64,000 nucleotides of DNA, from NCBI RefSeq assembly GCF_037042905.1, contig NC_087250.1:6572001-6636000 (forward strand). The letters are read 5' to 3'. The position numbers and the translations under genes are program-made. The notes under the pieces are model-generated. The model did no database searches, was not told the DNA's origin, and worked only from the letters and a program-made list of their open reading frames with translations. Shown in pieces: positions 40,170 to 53,533 of this stretch. The stretch's first letter is position 1, and each line of letters starts with the position of its first letter. Source of the DNA: Lytechinus pictus (lineage: Eukaryota).

Positions 40170-43100
40170 TATAAACGGGTCAATATATGGTTTGACCCGG
40201 AACTAATTGCAACAAATGACTTTTTACTGTTTCTGGCAGTATTTGCCCTCAGGAATAACAAACTAAAAATCTACCAAAATCCGCACACGGGAAAGTAGTT
40301 ATTTTTAAGATGGCATCCAAGATGGCTGCCATTCACTGAAAATTGATATAACTCACTCATCCGCCCGAAAAATCCTAATTCGATTCATATTCCATGGTCG
40401 AGTGGGTAAACGAATTTATTAATACAAGTCAGAGTGAATATTACCGCTCCGGGGTACCAGGAAAATCCAAATGGCGCCGAAAATGGCTGCCGTAGGCTAA
40501 AAAATCCACAATGCATCTAATACTTACTTAGATGGCTTTAATTTGGTTTGTATTCAATGGTTTGAATGGTGAAGTAGTACATCGGGACAAGTTACAAGGA
40601 CAGCCAGTTGTCTGAAGTGACCAAAATCCAAGATGGCTTTCAAAAATTGAGTTTAAAAGGGCTTTCAATACTTAAAATGGAAATAGCTCATATTATATCC
40701 ATCCGGGAAAATTTTGGTGTCAAGACCATGGTTTCAATGGTAAAATAATACATTGGGACAAGTTACAATGACTTTCAGTGGTCCGGTAGATAAAGAAATC
40801 CAAGATGGCTCCCAAAAGTGGAGTAAAAAAATGTTGTTGCTACTTAGAAAAAAAACATAGTTTGTTCAATATCCGTGAAAATGATTTTTGTGCCTATACC
40901 ATGGTTATAAATGGTCACATAATACATTGGGATAAGTTACAACGACGATGGGTGATCAAGTATGTCCAAAAGTCCGCGGTGGCTTAAAGAAATAGTATAG
41001 CCCCTGGTATTTACAAATGGACAGTTGATGTAATATCCCTCAAGGGCATGTGATTTTGATGTCTATACCTTGGTTTTGAAAGTCAGAAAATTAGTAACAA
41101 GGACAGTCAGTGGTCCAGTACGTCGAAAATCCAATATGGCTTCACGAAAATGAAGTCTGAAATGATTGCTGTTTCATTTAAAAATTGACATAGTTCATTT
41201 CAAATCCAACAAGGAGATGTGATTTCGGTGACTATGGTTTCATTGTTAAAATAATACGTTTGGACCGGTTACATTAATATGCAGTTGTCCAGTTTTCCTA
41301 AAAATCCTAGAGGGTAAAAAAAAGGGATCTAAGACGACTCATATCATTATATAATGGTCAGAGTTTTACAATATTTATCTGTAAGAAATAATGTTGGTGT
41401 CTAAATTGTGTATGAAGGGTCGAATAACACATTCGGACAAGGAAAAAAGATAGTATGTATTACATTAAACAAGAAATCCATCATGGTGGATTCTAAAATT
41501 TCATCGAAATGGGTGCTGTTACGAACTCATGAAACAATATCAAAACTAAGTGTAGGCACCAAGATTATTTCTCACAGGTGGATATTGTTTGAACTATGTC
41601 CATTTTAAGTAACTGCACTCACTTTGGAACCCATTTTTTTAAGTCAACTTGGAATTTAAGGCAAAATTGATAACTGCATATCATTGTATCTAGTCCCAAA
41701 GTATTTTTTTGACCCTTATGTAGACACCAAAATACTATCCTCAAGAACCCAAGAAACAACAGTCATTTAAAACCCAAATTTTTAAAGCCATCTTTGATTT
41801 TTGGACATACCTGACACCTGACTGACCTTTCAACTTAACCCAATATATAACTTGACCCTTTAAAGTATAGTATATACACCAAAATCCAACCTCCAAGGTG
41901 TATTTCTAATAAGCTATGTCTACTTTTAAGTAACTAATGTCAATTTACAACCCATTTTTTTTAGTCACCTTGGATTTTTTACATACAGACTGCTGATCTT
42001 GTAACTTACCATAGTGTATTACCTGTCCCTTTAGTCTAAACCATGGCTGACACACCAAACTCATACTCCCCAGACAAATACTGAACAAACTATGTCCTTT
42101 TATAAAGAACATAAGATATTTTTTACTCCTTTTTGGAAGCCATTTTGGAATTTCTGACATTCTAAACCAATGACTATCATTGTAATGTATCCTAATATAT
42201 CATTTAACCCTTAAAACCATATTTTAGACACCGAAATCATATCTCACATGCGTATATAAAATGAGCTATGCCATTTGTTAAGTATCAGCAGGCATTTTAG
42301 AATCAATTTTCGGAAGCCATATTAGATTTTTGGCCACACAGACCACTGACTATCCTTGGAACTTATCCTAATGTATCATTTTGGCCATTGAAACCAGTGG
42401 TTTAGACACCGAAATCGCATCTCTCAGGCCGATATAAAATAAACTATATCCGCTTAAAAAAGCAGCAATCAATTGAGAATCAAAGTTTGGAAGCCAACAC
42501 AGTTTTTTTTTTTAATACCAGGCGACTGATCGTCCTTGTAACTTATTCTTATATATTATTCGACCCTTAAAACCAGTGGTTTAGACATCGAATTCACATC
42601 TCCCAGGCCAAAAAGAAATGAGCTATGTCTGCTTTAAATATTAGCAGCCATTTCAGAACCAATTTTTGGAATCCTTCGCGGATTTTTGCACATACTAGAC
42701 CACCGACTTTCTTTATATCTTGCCCCAGTATATTATTTGACCCATTTAACCATGGTATAGGCATAACAATCATATTTCTGGATATTGAGCAAACTATGTC
42801 CGGTTTTTTAAGTAGCAACAACAATTTTAGACTTCATATTTGGAAGCCATCTTGGATTTTTTTAAACATAATTGACCACTGACTGTCCTTGTCACTTGTC
42901 CCAATGTCCTATTTGACCATTAAAACATGGTCTAGACACCAAAACCATGAAGTCCAAGGCGGATATGAAATAAACTATGTCAATTTTGATTATCAACAGT
43001 CATTTTTGGACACCATATAGGATTTTTTGACACACCAGACCACTGGCTGTCCTGGATTTTTTGTTCCAATATGCTACTTCACCCATTTTGTTCCAATATA

Positions 43101-43453
43101 CTACTTCACCCTTAAAACCATTGAATAAAAACCAGCGGGTTTTCAGGCTACGGCGGCTATTTTTGGTGCAATCTTGAATTTGCCAGGTACACTGAAGGGC
43201 TTATAATTCACACTAGCAATCAGCAATTTTTTAACCCCTAGACCATGAAATATGAATTGAAATAGGATTCTAGGGTGGATAATGAGTCAGTTGTATCCAT
43301 TTTCAGCATCTTTGATGCCAGCTTCAAAATAACCACTTTCCCGGATGTTGATTTTGGTAGTTTTTTAGTATGTTATTCCTGAGGTCAAATAGTACAATTG
43401 TTGCAATTAGTTCCGGGTAGGGGTATTTTGGTCGTATTTTGACCCGTATACTA
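40170..43453. mobile_element. Large foldback / Academ-like non-autonomous element (~3.3 kb)
   Basis: Termini TATAAACGGGTCAA / TTGACCCGTATACTA. Inverted arms ACCCGGAACTAATTGCAACAA / TTGTTGCAATTAGTTCCGGGT. Internal ~140-bp CCAAGATGGC units switch orientation near 41530. Confidence 0.8.
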
Positions 43454-44586
43454 TACTGGAAGCTTCTAATATTGTCTTTAAAAAAGATATCCTACTCCTT
43501 TCTAGAACAGTCCAATTCTACACGTTCCAGAAGACACTTGAATGACCTCAGTAAAATTAACAGTGTAAACAGCTTTGCTAATCATATTGTCCCTTTCCTC
43601 TGCTAGCAGTTCCCATTATCTGCAAAGAATCATTGTACATTACAATAATACCAGTCATTGCTCAGCATCATTACGTATGCATTCACAACAATACTAGACG
43701 TTCTGTAATATCCTTTAATCAAATTATCCTTATAATGGAAATAATCAAAGAAATGAATAAAACAAGTTATTTATCTTTTGATTATATGACAACTGGCTAC
43801 ACCAAAAAGCAACAATAAGTCGCCCAAAATTTTTTACATATTTTTTTTATTGAGTTTTAAAAAGAACATGATTTTTACAATGATCTATAACATTTTGAAT
43901 TTTATAATGCATTAAATGCTCTTACTGTTTTATGAAAATTTGTCTTGGGTATAGGTATTTTTGTTCCTGATTGTGTTTGTTTTGTTACTTGGTATAATGG
44001 AAATATAAACATTAAACATATTTTGTATGTCGAAGTTGGACCCTTCTGAAATGCAAACAAATTCCGTTGTGTAATTTGATAATGAAGGTAATTGTGCCAA
44101 ACTTTAAAAGTGGTGTTCTGTGGCCCCGCAACACAATGCTTAGCAATGATCTTATAATGTTTTGCTACCGTAACAATTGATAGCATTGACCACAATGTAC
44201 AATCAATCATGAAAATCAAGCGTACGATTAATTGCTAAGCGTTGTTTTTATGGGACCCTGGTGTTAGAAACCAAAAAAAAACTGTAAAATAGTCAAAACA
44301 ATGCCTAATTTAATTTTTTTTCCGGAAGTTCTGTGCGCTGTGCACAGGTAAGGTGCACGGGCAAGCAGCATTAGTAAGTTCTATCTACTATTGCCATTCG
44401 ATTGCTTTCTTAAAGACTGGAAGCAGCTGATTTTTTGTTATGTACATTAAAAGAAAAAGCATCTTTACAATTTTACTAACACCTCAGTCACATTTTCCAT
44501 GCGGCGCGCCGTACGGCGATTCGAAAACAGTCGTTTTCATTTTTCTTTTGTACCAGCTACATAATATTATAGGTGGTTTGAATAAC

Positions 44587-44820
44587 AACTAGAGCGCCTC
44601 TGACATTCTCGCCTGCATTACACAATTCAATGTAGAAGCAGTGCTGACTTTTAAAACGAATATGTACTAATCCTTCACATGAAACACCATTTAAATTATA
44701 ATAAAATGCTAAGTTCGTTGATCGTAAATGACATTTGACCTTGAGCGTGTGGCCGAAAACTTGTGCAGTGATACCTGATTACTATAATGTCCACATTTCA
44801 TGAACTAGACACAAAATGTA
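44587..44820 (-). mobile_element. Partial HINE-like element
   Basis: AGAGCGCCTCTGACATTCTCGCCTGCATTAC..ATTCAAT.TAG.AGCAGTGCTGA matches the 26740 end of the intact copy. Confidence 0.6.
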
Positions 44821-46094
44821 AAGTTCCACATTATGTATTTCTTACATTTGCAAAACAATTTGACCTTTTATGACCTTAACTGACCTTAAGCTGACACAAG
44901 CGTGACTTAAAAGTCCAGTGATTCATTATTTACATTTACATTTATTTACGTGGCCTATGACGTAAAATGCAATTGTAAAAGTTACAAGAGGTTAAATATG
45001 AGACAATATCATCTGCAGTAATGTTAATGGTAGGTCAAATGACGTTAGGCATGTAATAAGACTAATCAATACATCTGGCGCAAATATTCACTACTGAATG
45101 ACACGCGCCGTATAAGCTAAAACAACAACAACAACAACTTAAGTTTGGTATCATACCATCCATTTTCCTACATGAAATAAAACTGCACAGGGTTTTATTT
45201 TTAAGTTAAGTTTTGTGTAAAAACATATTAACTATAATCAAGGATAGAGTCATACATAGTAAATAATGTATTACAAACAATTTCTGGTTTAAGATCAGCC
45301 ATGTTGGAGCCACCTAACAAAATGACTTCTACAACACAAATTCACACTTTTAGTATACAAAGAGACAAATTTGACATTTTACATTATCCTAACTCCACTA
45401 CACTTTGTTCTCTCATTCATCTTCCAGAGTTATTTTCTCCTCTTTAGTCTCAACTGCATGTTCAGTTTTCCTTGTATTTAGAAAGACACAATGCTAATGT
45501 ATTTACATACGATACACGATAAGTGGCAAATGCTTACCCTAGATATATGATATGTTTATTCTGTTAAATAGAGAAGTCATATTTAAGAGGAATTTAACTG
45601 AAAGTTGGTGTGGTATATGACGTCAGAAAAATAGAATTCCTCAAGATGCCAAGCTAGCATCCATCAGATTATTAATATACACACTCTCAAACTTAACCTT
45701 TGAAACAAATGCATACAATTCCTTAATTGTTTGTACCTAAAGCATGGTATGTTCCGCATCGCATGTCTTACCTTTGTTGCCAGGCAATTTGATATGTTAT
45801 GACCTGTAACGACTTTTAACCTATGCGTGTTTTACATGTCCAGTAATCAAGATATTTGCATTTTTTTCATTAGCGTTAATTTAATGCCAAACATAACATG
45901 TTAATTCCGTAAAATGCTATTAAAGATGTATGTGAAAAAGTTGGCGTGGCCTATGACGTCAATAAAAAAAATGCCCAATGGTGCCCAGGTGCCACCCGTC
46001 GGATTCTTTGAGAAGACATCCTATACTACAACATCCATTAAAAACTTTGCAGTCATACCCAATTTGACGGTTATCTTGGAGTTCTACTTCACTA
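44820..46094. mobile_element. Academ-like non-autonomous element fragment
   Basis: Ends ...GTTCTACTTCACTA. Internal duplication (~44821-44990 vs ~45750-45960). Homologous to 36890-37295. Confidence 0.5.
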
Positions 46095-47294
46095 CATTAT
46101 GTAACAACATTGTGCGTTCTAGGGTATCGACTATCGAATACCCTACTAAGCCATTAGAAAATTGCTAAAAATCAGCTGCATGAAAAACTAAATGGAAACA
46201 AATGAGAAGAGCAGTCGAAGTGGAGTGTTCCATTCGAAAACCATGTTGATATTTACACAAATTTTTGCACCAAGTTAAGTGAGAATGTAAATGCTTTTCA
46301 AAAGTTTGGGGGAAAATAGGAAAAACAGAAAAGGCCAACAATTCTGAACATTGGTCGGCTCACCATTAAAAAAAACAAGAATCACCTTAAATATTTTCAT
46401 TTGGTCAGGAAAATACCTGCTAACAAATACGAATTAAAAACAGAGCAAAGATGTTCTCAAATCAAATGTTTATTTCTTACAACAGTAATGCGAACATCGT
46501 CAAAGCCATTACAGATACCATTCTTTAAACATCGGACAATATCAATGATTTATTTACATTAAAAACATGTAGGAGTGAATTATACTGCTTCACCATTAAC
46601 AAATGAAGTATTATCATTATGATTATTATCATTATATTGCACACCGTTTGTTAAATTCATACCAATATCAACAAAGTATTCATTAAATGATTGGAAATAT
46701 CTTCAAAATTTGGTATTATGGTGCCATAGTTTGACATTTATGAACATATTGTTTAACAAATTTCATATCGAGTTCAGCATTGATAGTCTTCAAAATTAAC
46801 TTACTATTACCCTATTTTTTTACTCTATTTATTGTTGATAATATAAAATTCATATCAAGCTTTCTTAATTTCATCTGTATTCCTGCTTCTTTATTCTCTG
46901 TAGAAACTTATTCTATTCTTACTTTCAGTTTCCAATGCCCTTTTATACTTCCATTTATTTTATACTTTATTTGAAATTGTATCAATCCATGGCTTATGTT
47001 TGCGTTTATTACTATTTACTTCTTGAAAAGGCAAGCAATCGTCATAAATACTAATACATTTAGAAAAAAAGCAACCGGAACTTACGTTAGGGTCATCTGA
47101 CATTCTGCAATCTTTTGCTGAATTTCATTGTATTCCTAATAATTTGATCTAAGAAAGAAATATAATGATAAGTCTCCCGAATATGGCAATAAATCAATGG
47201 GTACATAGAAACACAAACCAGCATTTCAAAAAAGTAATTAGTTCTATGGAAAGATGTGGCATGTAATAAAATAACATTAAAATCTGCTCTTTTG

Positions 47295-48002
47295 ATTTTT
47301 TTATTCTTGCCATTCCCGAGGGAGGGGGGGGGGGCATTATGGCCCCCCTTAAGATCTCAGCCACGGATTGCACAATCACAACGAAAATTTGCATGATGGT
47401 AGAGAATGACGTAATCTACGCAGTTGCATTGGTAAAATTCACTGAATTCATATATTTATATGTACTAATTATGCAAATTTATTCATGAAATCATACTTTT
47501 TGCTCTGATTCACTAAATAAAGCTCCTAGAATGCTATTTCTCTGGTGAAAATATTCTTTATAACATTCTTAACAATTGTAAATGAAAAAAAATTATGGTA
47601 CCAAAACTAATTTTTTATGTATTTTATAATTTTTTTTTTCTTATGTATTTCTTCGTTTTTTTACTTTTTTGTTTTTTATTGTTTTTTCGATGGAAATCGT
47701 TCCAGACTTAATTCTGATCATTAACAAGGCGAAATTAATTAATTTTAATCGGTAAAAGTAGAAATAATAACACATTTATGAATTTTGGTTAAATACGCAA
47801 TTTGCATTGGATTTGTACATGAAATCACGTTTATAAGCAATTTTGGATCTGACATGCACTTACATAATGTTGCGTAATGTCGTAACCGCGTTCCCGGGCG
47901 TCACAAATTTGCGCGAGACGTGAAAGTAAAAACTCATTGAGCGGTGAGGTCTAAACATTTTGCGCAGCAGATATATCGCGAAAATTTCCGGGAGAATTAG
48001 GG
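47295..48002 (-). mobile_element. piggyBac-like MITE, inverted and partly deleted copy
   Basis: Reverse complement of 48037-48810. Ends GGGAGAATTAGGG|TTAA (48003-48006). Confidence 0.85.
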
Positions 48003-48036
48003 TTAACATATAAGTTTATTTTACGAGTATATTTAA

Positions 48037-48810
48037 CCCTAATTCTCCCGGGGGGGGGGGGGCATAATGCCCCCCCCCCCCCCTCGACATTTTTCGCGAT
48101 ATATCTGCTGCGCAAAATTTTTTGACTTCGCCGCTCACTGACTTTTTACTTTCAAGTCTCGCGCAAATTTTGAGACCAAATTTGTGACGCCCGGGTAAGT
48201 GGTTACGACATTACGCAACATTATGTAAGTGCATGTCAGACCCAAAATTGCTCATAAATGTGATTTCATGCACAAATCCAATGCAAATTGTGTAGTTAGC
48301 CAAAATTCATAAATGTATCATTATTTCTACTTTTATTGATTAAACTTAATTAATTTTGCCTTGTATATGTTCAGAATTAAGTCTGAAACGATTTCCATTG
48401 AAAAAACAATAAAAAACAAAAAGTAAAAAACAAAGAAATACATAACAAATTCATAAAACAATAACATACATAAGAAATTGATTTCCAAACCGAAGTTTTT
48501 TTAATTGCGATTGTTAAGAATACTACAAAGAATATTTTTACCAAAAATTAGCATTCTAGGAGCTTTATTTAGTGAATTAGAACAAAAACTATGATTTATG
48601 CATAAATTAGCATAATTAATTCATATAAAATAAAATCTCATTATTTTGGAAAATTGTACCATACAGCCTTGTAGATTACATCGCACACTACCAGTGTGCA
48701 AATTTTTGCGTCGCTCGTGCGATCGGCGGCCGAGATCTTAAGGGGGGGGCCATAATCCCCCCCCCCCCCCCGGGAATGACAAGAATAAAAATACCCCGGG
48801 AGATTTAGGG
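48037..48810 (+). mobile_element. piggyBac-like MITE, complete, TTAA TSD
   Basis: TTAA|CCCTAATTCTCCCGGGG ... CCCCGGGAGATTTAGGG|TTAA, with subterminal G-run/C-run hairpins. Confidence 0.9.
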
Positions 48811-49909
48811 TTAATGAAGAACTGAATGAGTTTAATATAAATATGCTTGTACAGACTGGTCAGGTGCCCTAGAAATTACCGCTATAATTTTATTCTTGTA
48901 ACTTATATTCTCTATATCAACAAATACACTTCCAATTACACTGTTATTAATATCTTAATTTTATGCTTGTAAAACAGGTTGTCTCCTACAAAAGCACCAG
49001 CTCCCACCCATTCCCTGTTTAGATTTGTTATTATATGCAACCAATGAAAACCTGGAATATTGTACAAAGAAAAAAGTTTCTTTCAAGTTTAAGCTATACA
49101 AAAAGTACAATTACCATCAAATTTACTAAGAATGATGCGACAGTTATTAGGCATCCTGGAGAAGTAATATAAAATCAAACAATATTTTATAAAGGTTTCA
49201 TTAAGGTTATCAAGCAAGCAAAATGCTGGTCTATTCCAAAACTCTCATCTCCAATCATACGTGATTAAATCTGAGAAAATATACTCAAATCAACATGACT
49301 GATTGCATAGACAATATTATATACTCAACAGTCTGCTAAAGTAAAGTAAAGAAATTATTTACTGGAGGCCACAGCTTAAAAAATGAATAGTGATTATCCA
49401 GTGATTCAAGTCTGACAATCATGTGATTACTCTCTTTCAAACAGTGGATTTAAGTAATGATATGATACGTCCGTCAATGGACCATGAAGCACCAACCTTG
49501 TCTTTCACCCTCAAAGCTACATTTAGTAGGTCCATATTGTCATTTGGAAGATCCTCTACTATCACCTTTCCTGAACCTTTAAGTTGCGTTTATTTGTCAT
49601 CATTACATACTAATATTTATACGAGGTGAATTTCACAATGAAAGCATGATGACGAGAATCTCTCTTGGCGTAGCATCCGAGTATGATTGACGATCAGCCT
49701 GCTGATCCCTAGCATCACCTCACGCAGTATGTTCACTGAAGCTTGATTACTCTCACACTCTAAAAAATGAAGTGCTGATTTAGCAGTTCATTGGCTTAGA
49801 GAGTGACTGCACTTTGGGTGCTGATTAAATCATTCATATTTCAACTAGAAAATCGGCACTCAATATGCAATCACTATACAAGCCAATGAGGTGCTAAATT
49901 AACACTTCA

Positions 49910-51162
49910 TTTTTGTCTCACCTGCAAATCAGAGTGAGACTGAAATGACAGCATGACTTAAATAAATAAATAGACCTAGTTCATGAAACTTAGCCAAAAG
50001 GTTAATCAAGTATTACTAAACACCTTGCTTGAGTTACAGGTCATATGATCTAGGTCAACGGTCATTTGGGGTAAACGAACTTACACCATGTTAAGGAATC
50101 AACATAAAAATCTTAACCTAAGTTTAAGCTTTGAAAATGTCAGCATAACTTTGAAAATATATAGACCTAGTTCATGAAACTTGGACACTAGTATTACTAA
50201 ACATCTTGCCTGGGTTTCAAGTCACAAGACTAAGGTCAAAGGTCATTTAGGGTCAATGAACTTTGGCCAAGTTGAGGGTATCTGTTGAATTACAATCATA
50301 ACTTTAAAATGTTATGGATTTCAATCATGAAACTTAGACATACAAGTAATCTTACAAGTTTATTTCGAAACATCCTGTGCAAGTTTCAGATGAAATGATT
50401 AAGGTCGAAGGTCATGTAAGGTCAATGCACTTTGGCCAAATTGGGGGTACCTGTTGAAATACCATCATAACCTTGAAGGTACTTTGGTCTAGTTCATCAA
50501 TTTTGTATAGGAGTAGAATCCTGAACATCATGTGCGAATGCCAGGTCACATGACCAGGGCCAAAGGTCAATGGACTTTGGCCATGTTTGTGGGCATCTGT
50601 TGAATTACCATCATAACTTTGAAAGTTTATGAATCTGATTCAAGAAACTTGGGCATAGGAGTAATCAAGTATTACTTGAAATACTGTGCGAATTTCAGGT
50701 CAAATGAGCAAGGTCAAAGGTCAACGGACTTTGGCCATGTTGGGGGTATTTGTTGAATAACCATTATAACTTTGAAAGTGTATGGATCTAGTCCCTAAAA
50801 CTTGGACATAAGAGTAATCACGTATCACTGATTATCTCATGCGAGTCTCAGGTCACATGATCAAAGTCAAAAGTCATTTAATGTCGATGAACTTTGGCAA
50901 TTTTTGAGGTAATTATTCGATTGCAGTCATTTCGTTCAAAGTTTATAGATATAGTTTATAAAACGTGGATATAGTGGTAATCAAGTATCACTGACCAGTC
51001 TTAGGTCCCATGATCAAGAACTAATGTCATTTATTAGTAGTGAACGTAGTATTGTATCATATGAATGGTGTTTTGTGAATAAGCATTTAGTTTTCAAAGT
51101 CAGCTCTGCTACTATATTAAATCGCTCGATGCCAGTAGGAGTGCCAGAGGCGCTCAACTTGT
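49910..51162 (+). mobile_element. HINE-like element inserted into the T-run of a CACT-MITE (49755-49912); partial inverted copy follows at ~51170-51390
   Basis: TTTTGTCTCACCTGCA..CAGAGTGAGAC start, ~140-bp tandem units, end GCCAGAGGCGCTCAACTTGT. Confidence 0.8.
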
Positions 51163-52297
51163 CGAGATTGTGTGTGTCCAAGTTTCATGATCTAGATCCA
51201 TATACTTTCAGAGTTATGACATTTTAGCTCTTAACCTTGGTAAATATTTTGTTTTGATTCCCCTAGCATCATCTAAGTTTAATGACCCTAAATGACCTTT
51301 GAACCTCGGTCATGTGACCTGAAACTAATAAATTATGTTCAGTGACACTTGATTATTCTTAGGTTCAAGTTTCATGAACCCGATCCATAAACCGTACAAA
51401 AAAATGCAATATAAATATTTATATAGCGTTCTTTATAATGACCCTATCACAACGCTTTACAAATGAGAAAAAAACTAAAGAAGAAAAAAATACATACATA
51501 AATAACAAATAACTTAACTAATAAAAAGAAATGTTTTAACGACCGCTGAAATGCATCCAGGTTCCAGAGGCGTGGCGCTGCAGCAGCGAACAATCGGTCA
51601 ACTAAGGAGGTAGCAGTCTTGGACTTGTCAACAGAGTGGTATCGTTGCCTGATCGTAGTCCACGCCTTTCACTCGGGTACGAAGAAATTAGGTCATTGAA
51701 ATAGGACGGATGACGATTATGGAGGCATTTGGAGGTAATGATGAGGATCTCTATGTGACACGCTTATGGACAGGAAAATCAGGGTACTAATGGATAATTT
51801 GTTTTTCCGTTCCGATCATCGAAGAGCAAAAACGGAAATCAGCCCCGTGGTTCGGTCTTTGAAAACACAAGAGCGAAATCACAACGAAAAAAAAAGTGTT
51901 GTGCTGTCGTTTTTGTAAATCAAAATAGAAAATTGAAATCAGAAATTCTTTTGGGATTTTTCTGATTTCTCAATCTAGATTTGTGTTTTTATATATCAAA
52001 AACAAAATCAGAACACGCTTTCCGCTCCGTGATTCTGTTTGGAAAATCGCAGACAGAGAAATCGAAATCGGAAACTCGCTTTCCACTTCCTGCTCTGTGA
52101 TTTTGTCTTTCGCACAGCCAACAGCCATATCGAAATACGGTTTCCGCTCGTCTCTTAGCCGATCTGTCCTTTCTCTCAAGTATATTAAAGAGCGCCCTCT
52201 ACATTTTCGATCGTTATACACGTGCATGCGTGAATATTAAATCTTCTCTCAGGAATCGTACTAGTAGTATTTTAATAACTTACATGTTTCTTTGCAG

Positions 52298-52327
52298 ATT
52301 TTTTTGTGAAACAATCATCAAGAAATG
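52298..52327 (+). CDS. Candidate 30-nt phase 1-1 micro-exon of the DEATH-domain gene ((D)FFVKQSSRN)
   Basis: Acceptor ATGTTTCTTTGCAG|, donor AAATG|GTGAAT. Stays in frame and stop-free after the phase-1 DEATH exon. Confidence 0.35.
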
Positions 52328-53533
52328 GTGAATAATTTGTTTGATTTTACGTTGTACTCTTTTTCAATTAGACATATATATTATGTATGTATATAAATGT
52401 AATAAAACAAGAATATATATTCCTAGCTTAACTCTTACTGTGCCAGTACGAATAGCCCTTGACTGCCAGGGGGTATTCAAGGGAATCCTAGATTGACCGA
52501 AACGTAAGCTGAGACTGATTCTAAAACGGTCATAACTCTTTACCCGTACATTGTATAATAAAACCTTCTACACATGAAATCATGCATGGTTCATGGACTT
52601 TATGATCGTGTTATTATCTTTCTTATTAGCGTTTTTAAAAAATGAGAAAAAATGTAATATTTTACATTGTTTTTCTTTCATTAAGTAATAACTAAAAATT
52701 ATAATTTCATAAACATTTCAACGAGCAAATAACCTGATGAATTGTAGAGATACCAAAAAATTAAGAAGATGAAATAAAAGTTCAATGTTTACCCTTCTAA
52801 ATGACGTAGATATTGATGAAGTTAAACGAACAGAAATAACGAAAAATAATGCTCTTTTGAATGAAATACTATTTTGGCTATTTAAGTTGCTTCCTCTGAA
52901 GAATACACACACAATTAAAAGCGTTCTTTTCCCAAAAAGGGCATCGTCTTCGATCAAGTGACCAATCACAGAACAGATGTGATCCCCACGCGAACACACA
53001 CGATAATATATCAGAACTCTGTATCTTCAAAGTGTGGCCAACCGTAAACTTTCATTCGTGTAGTCTTCAAAATGAGACCCTGTGTTTTTTTTTTATTCGT
53101 AGTGTAACAAACAAAGTTATTGCCAGTCAGAAGGAGACAAAATATAAATTTAAAGATGATATATCAAAATATAGATAAAGAGGGATCGGACAGATTCACT
53201 ACTAACAAGTTTTGGGTATAAAATCCCACAAAATGATATGGGCGTTCTTGGCAAAGTACAAAAAAGCAAGAAAAAAAAAACGTTTATTGCTCGTGAATCA
53301 AAGAAGAGGAAATGCAGATAAGTTACAAACAAAAAATCAATAAAAATTTTCAAAAAAGAAAATAGGAAAATTTGTTCTGTATTACTGGTCTAACCAATGT
53401 AGCCACCTGTTAACATTCTCCGCGACTACATTATTTTGTTCATGCCACCTCTCTTGTGTTCTTCCTCCGCTAAGGTCGGAGATCAACGGCGCCGTTGGAA
53501 GGGCCGCAATTCATTTAAGGCGCTAAGTTGCAA

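Larger units (their letters stand above)
39740..49750 (-). pseudogene. Ancient, fragmented CR1/L2-group LINE (ORF1-EN-RT-C-terminus, collinear)
   Basis: Minus-strand remnants in the expected order: ORF1 FIVKFTSY...LKGSGKVIVEDL...SWSIDGRI (~49450-49670); EN YNIPGF...SVFVDI...IIAVISRAP (~48850-49070) and ADFN...MYPLI...FLDQI (~47140-47290); linker KPWI and FNEYFVDIG (~46650-47000); RT GIFPDQMK...YQHGFR..HSTSTAL (~46205-46450); C-terminal VHLEY (~40060). Confidence 0.75.

Noticed and set aside
48979-49170. Possible plus-strand exon after AAAACAG|GT, in frame with the DEATH exon
   Set aside because: Weak pyrimidine tract. The region is better explained as the minus-strand endonuclease remnant of the ancient LINE.
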